Shown: in pieces, positions 38,501-53,500 of the stretch
How positions within the stretch are numbered: position 1 is the first letter of the stretch
How the letters are laid out: each line of letters begins with the position of its first letter
Source of the DNA: Vicugna vicugna
Lineage: Eukaryota
NCBI GenBank assembly: GCA_013265495.1
Contig: MU058781.1
Span: forward strand, 6,538,522 to 6,602,521
Direction of reading: 5' to 3'
Length of the DNA stretch: 64,000 nt
The notes under the pieces: generated by a model
The model's input: the letters and a program-made list of their open reading frames with translations, nothing else
Databases searched by the model: none
Told to the model about the DNA's origin: nothing
Made by a program: the position numbers and the translations under genes

Positions 38501-41500
38501 TTTGTATGTTAAAAATGAATCTTGATCCATATCTCATACCACATACAAAAATTAACTCAAAATGAATCACAGGCCTCAATTAAAACCTGGAACTACAAAG
38601 CTTCTAGAAGAAAACAATGAGAAAATCTCTGTGAACTTGGAGTAGGTAAAAATGCCTTCGCTCTGACACCAAAAACATGAATCATAAAAGGAAAAAAAAA
38701 TGCTGGATGTCATCAAAAGTAAAAACTTCTCCTCAAAAAGACATTGTCAAGACAAGCCAGAGAATGGGAGATTTGTGCGAAACAGGTATCTATTAAGGGA
38801 CTTATAACCTCAATAATGGACTCTCAAAACTCACTAATAAGAAAAATAACTCTATTAAAAAATGGGCAAAAGGAGCAGATGAAATAGGTGAAGAGAATTA
38901 AGAGGCATACACTTCCTGTCACAAAACAAGTAAGTCCTGGAGAGATAGTCAATAATTATTGTTAACAGCTCTATATGGTGATGGATGGTCACTGGTTTTA
39001 CCGCAGTTACCATTTCATAATGTATAAAAGCATCAAATCACTATGTCATCCACCTGAAACTAATATAATATTGTATGTTAATTATAACTCAACAATACCT
39101 TTTTAAAAAAAAATTTAAAGGGCAATAAGACTTGAACAGATATTTCACCAAAAATATATTGATAGTAAATAAGCACATGAAAAGATGCCCAACATCACTA
39201 GTCATTAGGGAAATGCAAAACCACAGTGAGTTGGAGTTATCACTACATGTCTATTAGAGTGCCTACAATAAACAAAAAACTGATGACAACAAGCGCCAGC
39301 CAGAACACTCTTGTAATACTGGTGAGAAGGTGAAGTGGTAGCAGCCACTCTGGAAAACAATTAGGCAGTTTTTATAAAATTAATGTAAATTTACCATATG
39401 ACTCAGCAGTCCAACTTCTAGGTATTTACCCAAGGGAAACGAAAATTATGCTTATAGCACCTTTATTCACAACTACAACCCAAGTGTCCTTTCACTGGTG
39501 AATGGATAAGCAAACTGTATTAAACTCAGCAAAAAAAAGGACTAATTACTGATATATGCAAATATACAGATTGATCTCACACGCATTATACTAGGCAGAA
39601 TAAGTCAGATTCAAAAGACTACATAGTATATGATTAAATTTATGACATTTGGGGAAAAAGCAAAACTACAGGGAAAGAAAACAGATCAGCAGTTGCCAAG
39701 AAGTGGAAGTAGGAAGAGAGGTTGATTAGAGATGCACAAGGTAACATCTTGGAGTGATGGAAATGTTTGTTCAATATGTCAATTGTAGAAGTGGCTACTC
39801 AATTGTACGTATTCAGTTAAAATTCAAATACTGTATGTAATAAGGGTAAATTTTACATGTAACTTATACCTCAATTTTTAAAAAAAGGAATTAACCATCA
39901 CACTTCCTGAAACACACACATGCAATGTATAAAATGTTCACTTAGGACGAAAATAATATAATGTCTAAATGAAAAGAATGTAATCCACAGTTCTGTCATT
40001 TCACCAGAGAGTAAGTGAAACAAAACTCTACTTGAATGCCAAAAGTTATTTACTGATCATTTAAAAATAAAAAAAAGTTTATGAATCCTTCTATTCAAAC
40101 CAACCTGATATGATGTGTTTCGTAGTTTAGGCTGTCTTACAGCAGCTGCTGCCCCACCATATGTTGTTTTTCCAGGGTAAAAAGGAGAATCTCCCAGCTG
40201 ACTTGTTTTAAGGATTGAAGAATTCCCAAGTGACTGCACAGAAACATAATGATAAATTATAAGGAATAAAGACTCAAAACTAATATGATTAAATCAAATC
40301 AAATTAGGACTCACAGGAGAAAGTGCTCCAAAGGCAGACAAGTTGAATGCTGGTTTTTTTGAGCTGGTGGCAGTGTGCTGTGAGAGTGAATGAGAACGTT
40401 CAGCCTCTGGGGACCAAAGAGGTGGCACTGAAGTGTTCTTTGAAACAGCTATATCTGGAACAAAAATAGGTAATGCAATTACAAGACCCTACATTTTGAC
40501 AAATAGAAAATGCAAGTAACAATCAGGTTAGAAAAAAATTATTCCATGAAATTTATTTTTACTACCAAATGCCAAGAATACCTTTATCAGAAGCTCTTGA
40601 AGAAAAACCACTGGTAGTTGAGATGTTATCATCATCATGCTGAGAGGTAGAATCTTTAATTTCCTTTACAAGAGAAAATCCAGAACTGCCAATTGGGAAT
40701 GCCGAGGATGTGGAGGGCTGACAGTGCAATGCAGGAGATTCCAACATGGAGAAATTCAGATGGCTCCGATGAAGAGAGGGCCTTGTTAATACATCTGGAT
40801 AATTTGAAGCAGTACTAGTTGTTGAGGGTTCTTAAAAGAAAAGCATCAATATTATGAATATTCAAACTTAGAAAAAGCAATATAGTATCACAACAAAATA
40901 GTGCTTAAGAAAACATACTATATAACAAATACAGCTTTCATTCAGATCACTAAAGCCTCCCATGATATGCCCAATTTAAGATATTCTTTAGCTAACAAGG
41001 TTACAATTAACTGAAATTAATTTACCTAACCTGGTGTCAAAACATTTCAGGGATCAAATATAACTTCTAAAAGTACCTCGTTCTTAATTTTCCTTGAAAA
41101 TAAAAGCAAAGAAGCTACGTAAGAAAGTCATAAAACAGAGGAGGGCATCGTTCAGTGGTAGTGTGTGCTTATTAGCATGCACAAGGTCCTGGGTTCAATC
41201 CCCAATACCGCCACTAAATAAATAAATAAATAAATAAACCTAATTACCTCCCTCCTCCCACCAAAATTTTAAGTCATAAAACAAAAAGGTAAGTCTGTCC
41301 CTCCATAAACAACCCCTATTAAATCTGTATATCCCCCCGCAACAAAAATACTGTATGTCCTCCAACAGACTACTATTCAGCCATTAAAAAGAATGAAATT
41401 CTGCCATTTGCAACAACATGGATGGATGTGGAGGGTATTATGCTTAGTGAAAGAAAGACAAATACCATATGATATCACTTACATGGGGAATCTGAAAAAT

Positions 41501-44500
41501 AAAACAAACTAGTGAATATCACAAGAAACACCCACAGATATAGAGAACAAACTAGTAGCTACCAGTGGAGAGAAGGAAGTGGGGAGGGGCAAGATAGGGA
41601 CAGGGGATTAAGAGGTACAAATTACTATGTATACAATAAGCTGCAAGGATACATTTTACAACACAGGGATATAGCCAAATTTTATAATAATTATAAATGG
41701 AGAATAACCTTTAAAAATTGTGAATCACTATGTTGTACACCTGAAACTTATATAATATTTGCACATCAACTATGGCTTTCCCAGATAGGGAAGATATTTG
41801 TGCATATAAACTAACCACATAATTATGTTTATGCCTCCTGTTCTGTGACTTATTTTTTCATTTGTCAATATAATTTTGTCTCTACATACAGAGTACACTC
41901 CCTTTAAAGACCACACTGTATTTTACCACATTGATTTACTATAATTATTTTTGTGATTTTTTCCCCCAATACTCCATCAAACATACAAGCATTTATATTT
42001 TCAGACGTTAAAGAGTATTCTTTTGGATAAATCCATGGTTCTGTAAGCATGTAAGAGAAACATGAGAAATTATTAAACAAATGTTCCTAAGTGACCCACA
42101 AAAAAATCTGATTCTGAAAGTCTAAAGTTGGGCCCATGAAACAGCCTAAGTAGTCCAAGATATCCTGAGCCTCAACAAGTATCCTGTAGAACTGATCTGT
42201 CGTAACAGATCAGAATGCATGCTTACTTTTGCTTATGAGAGATACTGTGATCCAAAAATTTCCTGTTAAGCTATAGTCCACAGAGCTATACTCCACAAAT
42301 AGCAAATGACAGTGTATATTTCCCCCACAATCTCCAACACTGGATAATAACCTTTTCTGATTTCTGCCAATGTAATATGTCAAATGGAACCATTATTTTA
42401 TTTGCATTTATTTAAATGCAACACTGAGCATTTATATTTCTTAACTGCTTATTAATAAGTCTATCTTGCTAATAAAGTTTGTCAGATCTAATTTCCTTTT
42501 GAGCAGTAAGATTAGTATGACATGATTTGAAATATCACAACTAATTTTTTCACTGTTGGTTGAACCCATTCATTTTTTCTTTGATATCTTTATAATACAG
42601 AAAATAACTTCTACTTTGTCTACTGAGACTTACCATCCTAAAACTATATAAGCATTAAAAACTTTTACTCTTTTCTTTTTGGTAGTATTGCTTTTATTTC
42701 AATGTAATATTTAATCTTGACTCCAACTGGAACCAGTTATGGGTAGTGAAGGAATGATTCAGCTTCATTGTTTTCCAGATGGTTAGTCGGTTTATATTCT
42801 GAAATAATCTTAAGTGAGCCATCTTTTCCTCACTGACTGAGAAACCATCACTACCATATACTGAATTCTAAAGAGGCTTTCCTCAATGATGTATCTGTGT
42901 ATTTCTGTACCAGTACCATAATACTTAAAATACTAAAGCTTTATAACACATCTAATGCCTGTAAAAGTTACTCCAACCTACCCTACATTCCCCTTATTCT
43001 GTTTCAGAACTTCTCTATTCATTTTCAGGTGTATTTTCAAGAACTTTACAGTCATTTGTCAAGTTTCCAAAAGGCTCTTCCAGTTAAGCTGGAATAACTG
43101 GGCCCCAAGACCAGCCCTTCTACTGTAAATAACTATTAAAGTGGACAAAATATATGAGGCAATAACTTTCAGACAACAAAGAACAGCACAAGAAAAACTC
43201 CTGGTGAGCCCTACTATCACTGCCCATCCAGATCTCCGTCTAGGAACATTTCCAGATCTGACACACAGACAGCTGGAGTCCAGGCAAAACACTGTAAGCA
43301 GAAATCAGAATTAAGTGCTTTGGACTTTGGACAGTAGAAAACTATGCAGGGAAGCGCCTCCAGAAGTCCACGTGGGAGTATCCAGAGAGTGGATGGGCTA
43401 TTACATGTACTGGTATACACAGAGTAGAAACACGTAAAGCCCACCTTCCCTAGAGAAAGACCTACTGTAAACTCATCCTAAAAAGCCACAGAGGAGACAG
43501 TTGGGAGGCCAACTCCTGCCACTTGAGGGACTTAACACACCTCAGATTTTCCACAGATACCCATTAACAAAAGATACAACTAAGTCTACAAGCGTTCAAA
43601 ATGATCATTCAGTAACAACTGCCTGCTAAAACAAGAGCCAAAACTCTTCAAAGGACAATAACAGAATCCAGAATCTCTACATATATTATTCAAAATGATA
43701 ATTTAGTCAAAAATCACTTGAAAAAGCACATTAAAAAATGCTTGTATTGTTTCATCATTACACGATTTCTGGACTTTGGATGACTGACGTATGCAGAAGT
43801 AAGCAGTAGTTTCCACACTCCAAACAGAAATAAAAGATAGATTTTAAGTTTCACCAAATGCCTATTGCATATCTACCAAAAGGAAAAATGATAACATCAT
43901 TTCACTTATTAACATGCTAAATTATATTAATAATTCCCTAGTGATTAATGATTCCTTGCATCCTTCGATTAACTCTCCCCAGTAAGTAAGAAGAGTCTGC
44001 TATTCTTTACTGTGCTGAACTGTACTTGCTACCTGAAATCATTCTGTAGTTTTCTTCTACGTACTATCTTTCTAAAAGTCTGCCTCCAAAATATTTAACA
44101 GCTTAAGCAATTCTGGATTATTTAGTTCCAAGTGCTCTTACACAAAAAAAGGTGCAGATAAAAACATTTAAATGGGACTAGAAGAAAACATCAATATAAC
44201 AGAAACAACGTATGAAAAACTCACAGCTAATATAACATCCAATGGTCAAAGACTAATTTTCCTTTAAGATCAGAAATAAGACAAGAATGCGTGCTTTCCC
44301 CACTTCTATTTAACACAGTACTGGGAGCTCTATCCAGAGTAATAAGGCAAGAAAAAGAAACTAAATTCATCCAAATTAGAAAGGAAAAACTAAAATGATC
44401 TGTTTGCAGATGATATATTTTATACATAGAAATCCGTAAATATCCCATCAGAAAAAATCTGTTAGAATAAATAAATTCAGCAAAGTAGCAGGATACAAAA

Positions 44501-47500
44501 TCAGCATGCAAAATTCAGTTTTGTTTCTATATGCTAACAATGAACAATCTGAAAAGTAAATTAAGAAAATGATTCCAAAAATGATTCCATTAACATCAAA
44601 AAGAACAAAATACTTAGGAATTAACTAAGGAAGGAAGTGAACAACTTGTACAATGAAAAGTACAAAAAATTGCCAAAAGTAACTTAAGAAGACATAAATA
44701 AATGGAAAGACATCCCATGTTCTTAGATTGGATGAACTAATTTTGTTAAGATGTCAATACTACCCAAAGTAATCTGCAGGCTCAATTCAATCCCTTTCAA
44801 AAACCCAGTAACTTTTTTTGAAAGTAGAAAAAATTCATTCTAAAAATTTTATGGAATCTCAATGGACCCCTAATAACCAAGATAATCTTGAAAAGGAACA
44901 ATGTTGGCGGTCTCACACTTTCTGATTTCAAAAACTTATTACAAAACAGTAATCAAAACAGTGTGGTCCTGGTATAAAGACAGACATGCAGACCAATGTT
45001 ACAGAACATAGAGCCCAGAAATAAATCCTTGCATACATGGTCAAATGATCCTTGACAAGGTGCCAAGACCACTCAACGGAGAAAAAACAGTCTCTTCCTG
45101 GAAAAACTGGATATCCACATGCAAAAGAAGAAAACTGGATCCTTATCTTACACCATACACAAAAATAAACCCAAAATGGATCAAAGACCTAAACATAAGA
45201 CCCAAAACTATAAAACTCCTAGGAAATAAAAACAGGAGAAAAGCTTCAAGACATTGGTCTTAGCAATGATTTCTTGGATACAACAAGCAACAAAAGAGAA
45301 GATGTGGGACTGTATTAAACTTAAAAACTTTTGTGCACTAAAAGACACAATTAACAGAGTGAAAAAGCAACTTACAGAATGGTAGACAATATTTGCAAAC
45401 CATATATATGATAAGAAATTAATATCCAGAACATATAAAGAACTCCTACAACTTAACAACAACAAAAAAATACTTAATTAAAAACTGGGCAAAGGACTTG
45501 AACAGACAGTTCTCCAAAGATGATATACAATTAGCCAACAAGCATATGAAAAGATGCTCAATAACACTAAGCATCAGAGGAATGCAAATCAAAACTGCAA
45601 GTAGATACCTCTTCACACTCATTAGGACAGCTACTATCAGAAACACAGAAAATAAATGTTGGCAGGCATGTGAAGAAGCTGGAACTCTAGGGCACTACTG
45701 ATAGGAAATGTAAAATGGTGTAGCCATTGTGGAAAACACTATAGTGGTTCCTCAAAAAATTAAAAGTAGAGTTACCATATGACCCAGCAACTCCACGTCT
45801 GCGTACATACCCCAAAGAACTGAAAGCAGAGTTTCAAAGAGATGCATACAACCATGTTCTTAACCCAATTACTCACAGCAGTACAAGGTGGAAATAAACC
45901 AAGTGTCCATCAACAGATGAATTAATAAATGTGGTAAATATTACTCAGCCTTAAAAAGAAAATAAATTCTGATACATGCTGCAATGTGAATGAACTTTGA
46001 AGACATTCTGCTAAATGAAATAAACTAGTCACAAAAGGACAAACACTGTATGATTGTACTGATATGAGGTATGTAGAGTAGTCAAAGTCATAGAGAAGGT
46101 ACGATGGTGTCTGCCAGGGGCAGGGGGTAAGGGGAAATGGGGAGTTAGTGTTAAATGTATATGCAATAATTTCTTACCAAGCTTGCTCAAGAAAGAGATA
46201 CTGGCTGGAGCTTGGAAATCTACAAGTATTAGCATTTAAATCTACTGGCATCTAAAGGTTATCATATTTCAATTTCTTTGCAGCCAAGATTCATATACAT
46301 ATAGGTTAAAATGTTTCTTAGAAGACAAAGTATTCGAATTTTATAATATATTCTATCCAAAAAGTACTTTTTATACTTATCCATTCTCTCATCCTTGCAG
46401 CAGATTATCCTATAGGATAAAAGCAATAGGACAATTTTCTAGCTTTTGGCAGACATCTGCTAAATCTAGTATATACAGAAACTATAGAGAAAAAAGAAAT
46501 CTAATATGATATACTTCTACTGGAAGGTATGCTGCTAATAACAATGCCAGTTTTTCATACTTACAGAGCTTCCCTAACCTCCAAACCAGGTCCAATAAAG
46601 GACACAATTTGAGATAATAAGACTAAACACGGCCATGCCATCTACAGATTCACATCAGCCACAAACACCCAGTTTTTTAAGTCACAAGGCATCACTCAGT
46701 CAATGTAGTCTACAACATCAATTTAATGCTAACATACTAGAGATGCCATTGTGGGGCCCTCAGAGGCCTGAACTCTTACTGAATCAATAAAAATTTAACA
46801 TGTATGTTACTGGAGGTCCTCCTCATTGATCCATTCCACTAACCTAGCAGGAGAAATCTAGATCCCTAATGGCTCACCATCATTAAGACAATCAATACAA
46901 GGAGGTACACATAAGCAGAAAGCTGCAGATAACAGATCTGAAATGGGCCATTCTATAACTGTTGTTACTGCAGCATGCTATTGGAAGAATGTACAATGCT
47001 CTGCAGCTCCAGTTACTATTAATATAAAAGCCACCCTGTTAAAATTACTATTCAGTAAACAATATTCAGGACTGTTATTTTACGCTTTCAATAATTTGGC
47101 ATTACTTCAGGAGTAGGTATGTCTAAGTTGTTTTGAGACTGCATTGTCAAATTTAAAGGTAATGTTTCAAATGTAAACTGGCTGTATCGAGTGAGATCTA
47201 TGTTCATCATATAGGGGAGTTATCAGTGGTACTTTAGTCACACATTATGTGGCGGCAAGTACTGAATTAATACTTTGAGGAAGGCTGAGGCAGACCGTGA
47301 GAAGAGAACTGTCTAGAAATTACAAATTTTAAGATAAGAGTAGGAGTCAGCTCTAAAATAAGACAGAGGGGAAAAAAATGCTATCAGGTTTTCAAAGTTA
47401 GTATCAAGAAGCTGCTCACAATTTGCTTCTAAATAATCAGAGGAGTCAGAGTGAGAAGGTGTGTGAATGAGTGTGGGAACAAAGATAACAAGGTCAGCCA

Positions 47501-50500
47501 TTAGCTGGTTGTCTTTGAAGCTGGGTAATAGCTACACGGGGGTTCACTATACTATCTTCCTTACTTTTGTAGTTTGAAATTTTCCACAATAATTTAAATT
47601 TAGAAGTTACTCACAAAGATGTGTATAGTACACATGTAACAGAATAACATATAATACATATATAATTATATATATAAATATATATTATACATACAATAAT
47701 ATATATTAAGCTTAATAATATAATGAATAAAATCCAAGTTGGAATTGACCTTGGCAGACCAATGAATTAATTCCATAATTTCAATGAAAACAAAATACAC
47801 ACAAAAAAGAACTCTGACAGATGTAAAAATGAGAAACTGCATTTATTTCACAGCTAAACTAAATTCTTCAGTTCGTTAATCCCCACAAGCATGCTCCTTA
47901 AAATAGAAAAGGTTTCAGTCACTATAGATATATGCTGGTACACACTACAAGCCACTAATCAAAATAAACAGCAACTGGGGTCCCACTCAATGTCCAAAAA
48001 AGAGAATGACACAGAAGCAGTCAGCTTAGAGATCTACCAGATAAAATCTCAAGATGGTTGTTGGGTAATATACGTGAAAAGAAATCCTGAAAGTACAGAT
48101 ATTAAAACTCCCTAAGTTATCCTAATAAAAATAAGCAAGGATTTAAAGACTAAGCCAAACTGAGTATCACTGAGAAAGCTTAGATCTGCCAATTGCCCCA
48201 AAATGAGAATTATTCTTTCAGGCCCATTTCACTCTAATTTTCACTTTGAGCAAATCAAGCAGGAAAATAAGTTACTAAGTACATCAAAATTAACAGGAAC
48301 ACAACCACATCAATTATTCAGACAAAACAAGATTTAACACAGAATAAGAAAAAAAAATTTATAATTATGTCAAAACATGTAGTGAAAGAAAATATATATA
48401 TATTGAAAAGAATATATACTTGAGAGATAAAGTGGACTTCATCAAAATTTAAAATTTTGCACATCAAAGGACACAATCAAGAAGATAAAATACAACCAAC
48501 AGAATGGGAGAAAATATGTGCAAACCATATACTTATAGATAAGGGACTTAAAATCCAGAATATATAAAGATCTCTTTCAATTCAACTATAAGTAGACAAC
48601 TCAGTTAATAATGGAAACGAGGGATGTGAAAAGCTATTTCTCCAAAGATATACCAATGGCCAATAAGCGCACAAAAAGATGCTCAACATCGTTAGTAATT
48701 AGGGAGATGCAAAGCAAAACCAGTTAGATACCATTTCACAATCACTAGAGTAGCTATATTTAATTTAAAAAAAGAAAAAGAAAAATAAGTATTTGTGAGG
48801 GTGTGAAGAAACTGGATTCTTCATACATTGCCAGTGGGAAGGTAAGATGGTATAGCCACTTTAGAAAAAGTTTTTCCTGAAAATGTTAAAATTACCAGAC
48901 GACCCAGAAATTCCACTCCTAGATAGGTACCCAAAAGAAAACACAACCATACAAAAACTTGCACACTAATATTCACAGCAGCACTGTTCTTAACACTCAA
49001 AAGGTAGAAACAGCCCAAATGTCCATCAACTGATGAATGGATAAATAAAATGTAGTTTATCCATGCCATGGAATATTACCTGGCAATAAAGAAGTTCTGA
49101 TACATGCGATGACATGGATGAACCCTGAAAACATCTTGCTAAGTACAAGAAGCCAGTGACAAAAGACCACATATTTTATGACCCCATTTATATGAAATGC
49201 CTGGTATAGGAAAATCTTTAGATACAGAGTAGTAGGGCTGGAAGGGTGGGAGAAGGAGTGACTACTAAGGGGTATGGTATGGGATTACTCATTAGGGAGG
49301 GTGGAGGAGGTGAGAAGGATGGTGTTTAAAATGTTCTAACACTGACTGTGGTGACTGAACAACTCTGAATAAACTAAAAACCAATGAACTGTGTGCTTTA
49401 AATGAGTGAGTCTTAAGTTACATGAAATACATCTCAATAAAGGTGTAAAACATAGATATAGTGAAATAACAGAGAAATATCCCTAAATATGTCACATTTA
49501 AGGGTTACACTGAAGCTATTTAACATTTGTAAACCCCACCAAAATGCCATAAATGGATCCCCAAAATCTCAAGCTTTAAAATGCAGGGCCACTCAACGAT
49601 GAGATTAATGAAATGGCTCAGCTGAGCCCGCGGCACAGAGGAAAGAGCCAACTGCAGTCACACCACACCCAGGTCTGTGTGTGGTGGGAGGCGTTGTCAC
49701 ACTGCTCCCTCAGTGCCAAGACCCAGAGTAAGGGCTTCACATTTACTTTTTTCAAAACCACTTACGAGGGCACGGAGGAGAATATAAATCATCTTGACCA
49801 AAGCCACATGATTAACAATTGGCAGTATAAAATTTCAAACTCAAAATCTAACAGCAGAGCTTGAACTCTTAACTGACATAGCATTTCAGCCTCCCTTAAA
49901 TAAACAAAAAGCTGATAAGAAAGATATCTGACTTGAAGGTGATCATCACCCTCCTCCAACGCGGCTTCTCTACTACACAATTAGATTGACCATAGCCAAG
50001 TAACAGAAAGGTATTTTAAATTAAGACATGAAAACCTATCATTTGTAACCAAACATCCACATTCTATTTACCTTCTGTGTTACTGACTGTTGGCTCAGGA
50101 GTGACTCTCCCATCATGAATGTTAGAGCTCTCCTCGTCAGCATATAGCACATGGTCATCTTCCCTATTCTCCGGCCACTGTGGCACCTCTCTTGTGTCTG
50201 TTGAGCAGCTACATACATCTTCATTCTTGTTGAAGTATCTTTGAAGCCATCCTGGCACAATATTCTTAACAGATTCTGTAACCCTGCTAAGGATGCCCTG
50301 TTGGGGGGAAAAACATGGAAGGCAGTTTTAGAAATTTATGTTTTTTAAGTAAGTACCTATTTAGAGAATGCCATACCAAGCAAAACATAACTGTTTCCAA
50401 CAAAGTTTCCTAAAATTCAGTTACTCAAGTGAATGCTGACATAATGCATTTTACAAATTCTAGACATTATGAAATTCTACTTTTTTCTTTCCTCCATTTG

Positions 50501-53500
50501 CGTCCATGAGCTCCAAATGGCCATATTATTCTATCCTTAAAAAATTCTAACAGGCCATCAAATAAGCAACATAAATTTTAGATTTAGTAATAAGATATGC
50601 ACTAAAATGTTATAATCCCAGACCAAAAAAATCCATCCTGATCCCAACATATTAAAAGAAGCAATATAAACAATACCTTCAACAGCTTCCCCAATTATTT
50701 TACTATACATTCTTTAAGAACAAAGATTTAGAGAAACGAAAATGAGATTTTTTTAAAAAGGCAGGCAATAAGGTAATTAAATTCAACATAATAAACTCAA
50801 GAAATAATCTAAATTTTTTGGGGGGGATGTAAAATTTCATTGTATCAAATGTGGCCTGAAAATCAAGAATTTTATTACAGTAACTTTTAAAGGGAGAGAA
50901 AGATGTGGTATAACAACTATCAGCATTATTAACATTCATCATGTCAGACAGTTCTCAGCAGTTTATACGTATTGTTAAATTACTCAATTTAATCCTCACA
51001 ATAACTTTATGAAATTGGTTTTAACAGCGCACTTTACAGATGAAGAGAGACAATGAAGTTAAGTAACTTGCCCAAGGTCCAAACACAACGGCTGTGGTCT
51101 ATCAGGGATTAGTAAAACCAAAGGTGAAATTTGAGTACCTCCTTGTACTCTGCTTTACGCTAGGTAAAATAAGAGTAACACCGCCCCCCACTACTACCTC
51201 ATAGAAATTATAATGAAGGTCAAATTAAATAATGTGAAAGCACTTCGCAGTTTACAAAATATAACAGAAACATACACTGATAATTTTACTACTAACGAGG
51301 GAAAAAAAGCTAGCAGAAACAAATGGGGGCGAAGTGACCAGTTTTAGGCAGCAATTTCCTTCACAGAGTAGTATCAGAAGGAAAAAAATAAACTGGCAGG
51401 TACAAAAAAACAGTAGCTAAAATCAAGGCAGAATACACAAATCTACCTTGGAAAGCTAACCCAAGACAAAAAGGCCTTGAAAAATACTGTCAAGAGAAAA
51501 GGTGGAAGACACCTCTGACATAGGCACTTGAACAGTATTTTCCTTATTGTTTGAAAACAATTGTGTGGAAAACAACTGGGAAATATGTAATTATTTTTCC
51601 TCTAAACAAAAATTTTGAACAGACCTACAATCTAAGCTCTCTAACAATACTGAAGCAACAATCCCAGAATACTCACTACTGCAAAATACAAGTTCACTGT
51701 TTCCCTTTCCTATGCTAAGGTTACATAGTATTAGTTCCTTTGGAAAGAAAGATTATGTGTCTACTTTAAGATTGAATATTTATAAAAAATATACTTATTA
51801 TTTTACTCATATTTAAATATTTATTTACCCCCTCTCATATTCCAAAAGACTCAAGTGCTTTCAAGATACGACATTAGTTTAAAAAAGAAAAAACTTAAGA
51901 TAAACTTGATATGAAGTGACAAGTTAGCTAAAGCACTCTAGCAAGAATTTAGTGTCAAGTCTTCTGTGGACTACCTCTGAAGTGTTTAGCTACTAAAAGT
52001 AGCAGAGATTCCTGTGATCCCTACCCACCTAAGAGACAAGTACAGAACAATTTAAAATTAACGCCAGACTTAACAAAAGGCCATTTGTGTGGCAGCATTA
52101 GATGCTGTGGAGAGCAATTAGTAAAAACTGAACAGTCAAAATGCATACAATAAAGTTCATCCACTGAAACTCATGAATTTTCCTTGGAGACCTTCTCTTT
52201 CCTAAACTAAAACGTAACCAATTTAACCTCAGCCCACAGCAGGTTAGTACAAGAAAATTACAGTGTGAGAGAGGAATTAGCAGTGGCACAATGAATGACA
52301 GCTTGAAGCATGCTTGAGCTTCAAAGTAAAAACAAACACAGATGATAAAATTGACCTGTAACCATTATTAAAAAGAAATATCCCTATACTTCAATATACC
52401 GCTATAGGGTAAATGACCTGAAGTCATAAAAAAAAGTTAAATTAAGCTCAGTGTACCCTCATGCTAGTGGTTCCCAAGATGCGGTCCCTTCACCATTTAC
52501 ATCTGCATCACCTAAGGCCCTACCCCAGCCCTACTAAATTCAGGAGGTAGGGCTCACCTGTTCTAACAAACCCTCCCAAGAGATTCTGATGTATGCTACA
52601 GTTGGAGAACCACTATTCTAGAGAGATTAGGTAATTAGACACATTTCAGAAAATTACAACACATTTTAGACAGAAGTCCTTCTATAAGAGGTGAATAAAA
52701 TTATGTATACTTAAATCTTAATGTTCAGTTATCTGGAAAACATACATGTGAAGCACTAGTTAGACAATAATTCAAATATATCATAAAATACTCTAAAATG
52801 AATCAGAAAAACAAATCTTACAGTGGACTGTGCTGAACACAATGTAGCTTATGTAACTATTTCCCCAGTGTTTCCCAAACTTTAGCCATGATTTTTACTT
52901 GTGCTATTAATGCTTTTCTTTCTATCCATTTATTTTATTTCTCTTAATAAACAATAAAATCTATCAAATCACAGATGTGATGTCGCACCAGTCTTCACTT
53001 CCCATTTCCTAACTCTACTCTTGATTGGCTATCTCATCAAATTGGCTTCTGGTAGGCTTGGTCCATGAGAGATTCTGGAGGACATCAGGTATTAGAGGAT
53101 GGGAGGAAAGACAAGTCTTTCTTCCTGTGCTCCCTCTCTGCTCAAGTGCCCCATCCTTAAAATGACAGCTCCAGCCAGGCCTTTCCCCCACGCCAGTGAC
53201 ATGATTTCTGCCCTTTATCCGTCCACCCCGGGGATGGTAACAGCTTCCTACTGTTGCTACTCTCTGGGCATCCTGCTGTCCTATGTGTATTCCTTATCTC
53301 TGAATAGACTCTTTCTTAAAGATATTTCAGATGAACCATCTGGAGTGAACTGTTTCTTGCTAGGTCCTTAACTGATACAGCACTGTACTTGTCAAATGTG
53401 TTTTCTAATTAACATGAAAATTTTGAAAATCAGTCCACATATCAGTTAGATTCATCTTCTTCAGCAACAATGGAACACATGCACCACACTTGGGGAGGCA

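Noticed and set aside
39398..39408. Additional TGACTCAGCA matches here and at 34166-34175
   Set aside because: This one is a variant of the common L1 TGACCCAGCA sequence; the other lacks the 5' purine and supporting context.
30130..50297. Single-codon length differences versus recalled human exons 2, 8 and 10
   Set aside because: In-frame indels in probably disordered regions; ordinary divergence, and the comparison is from memory.
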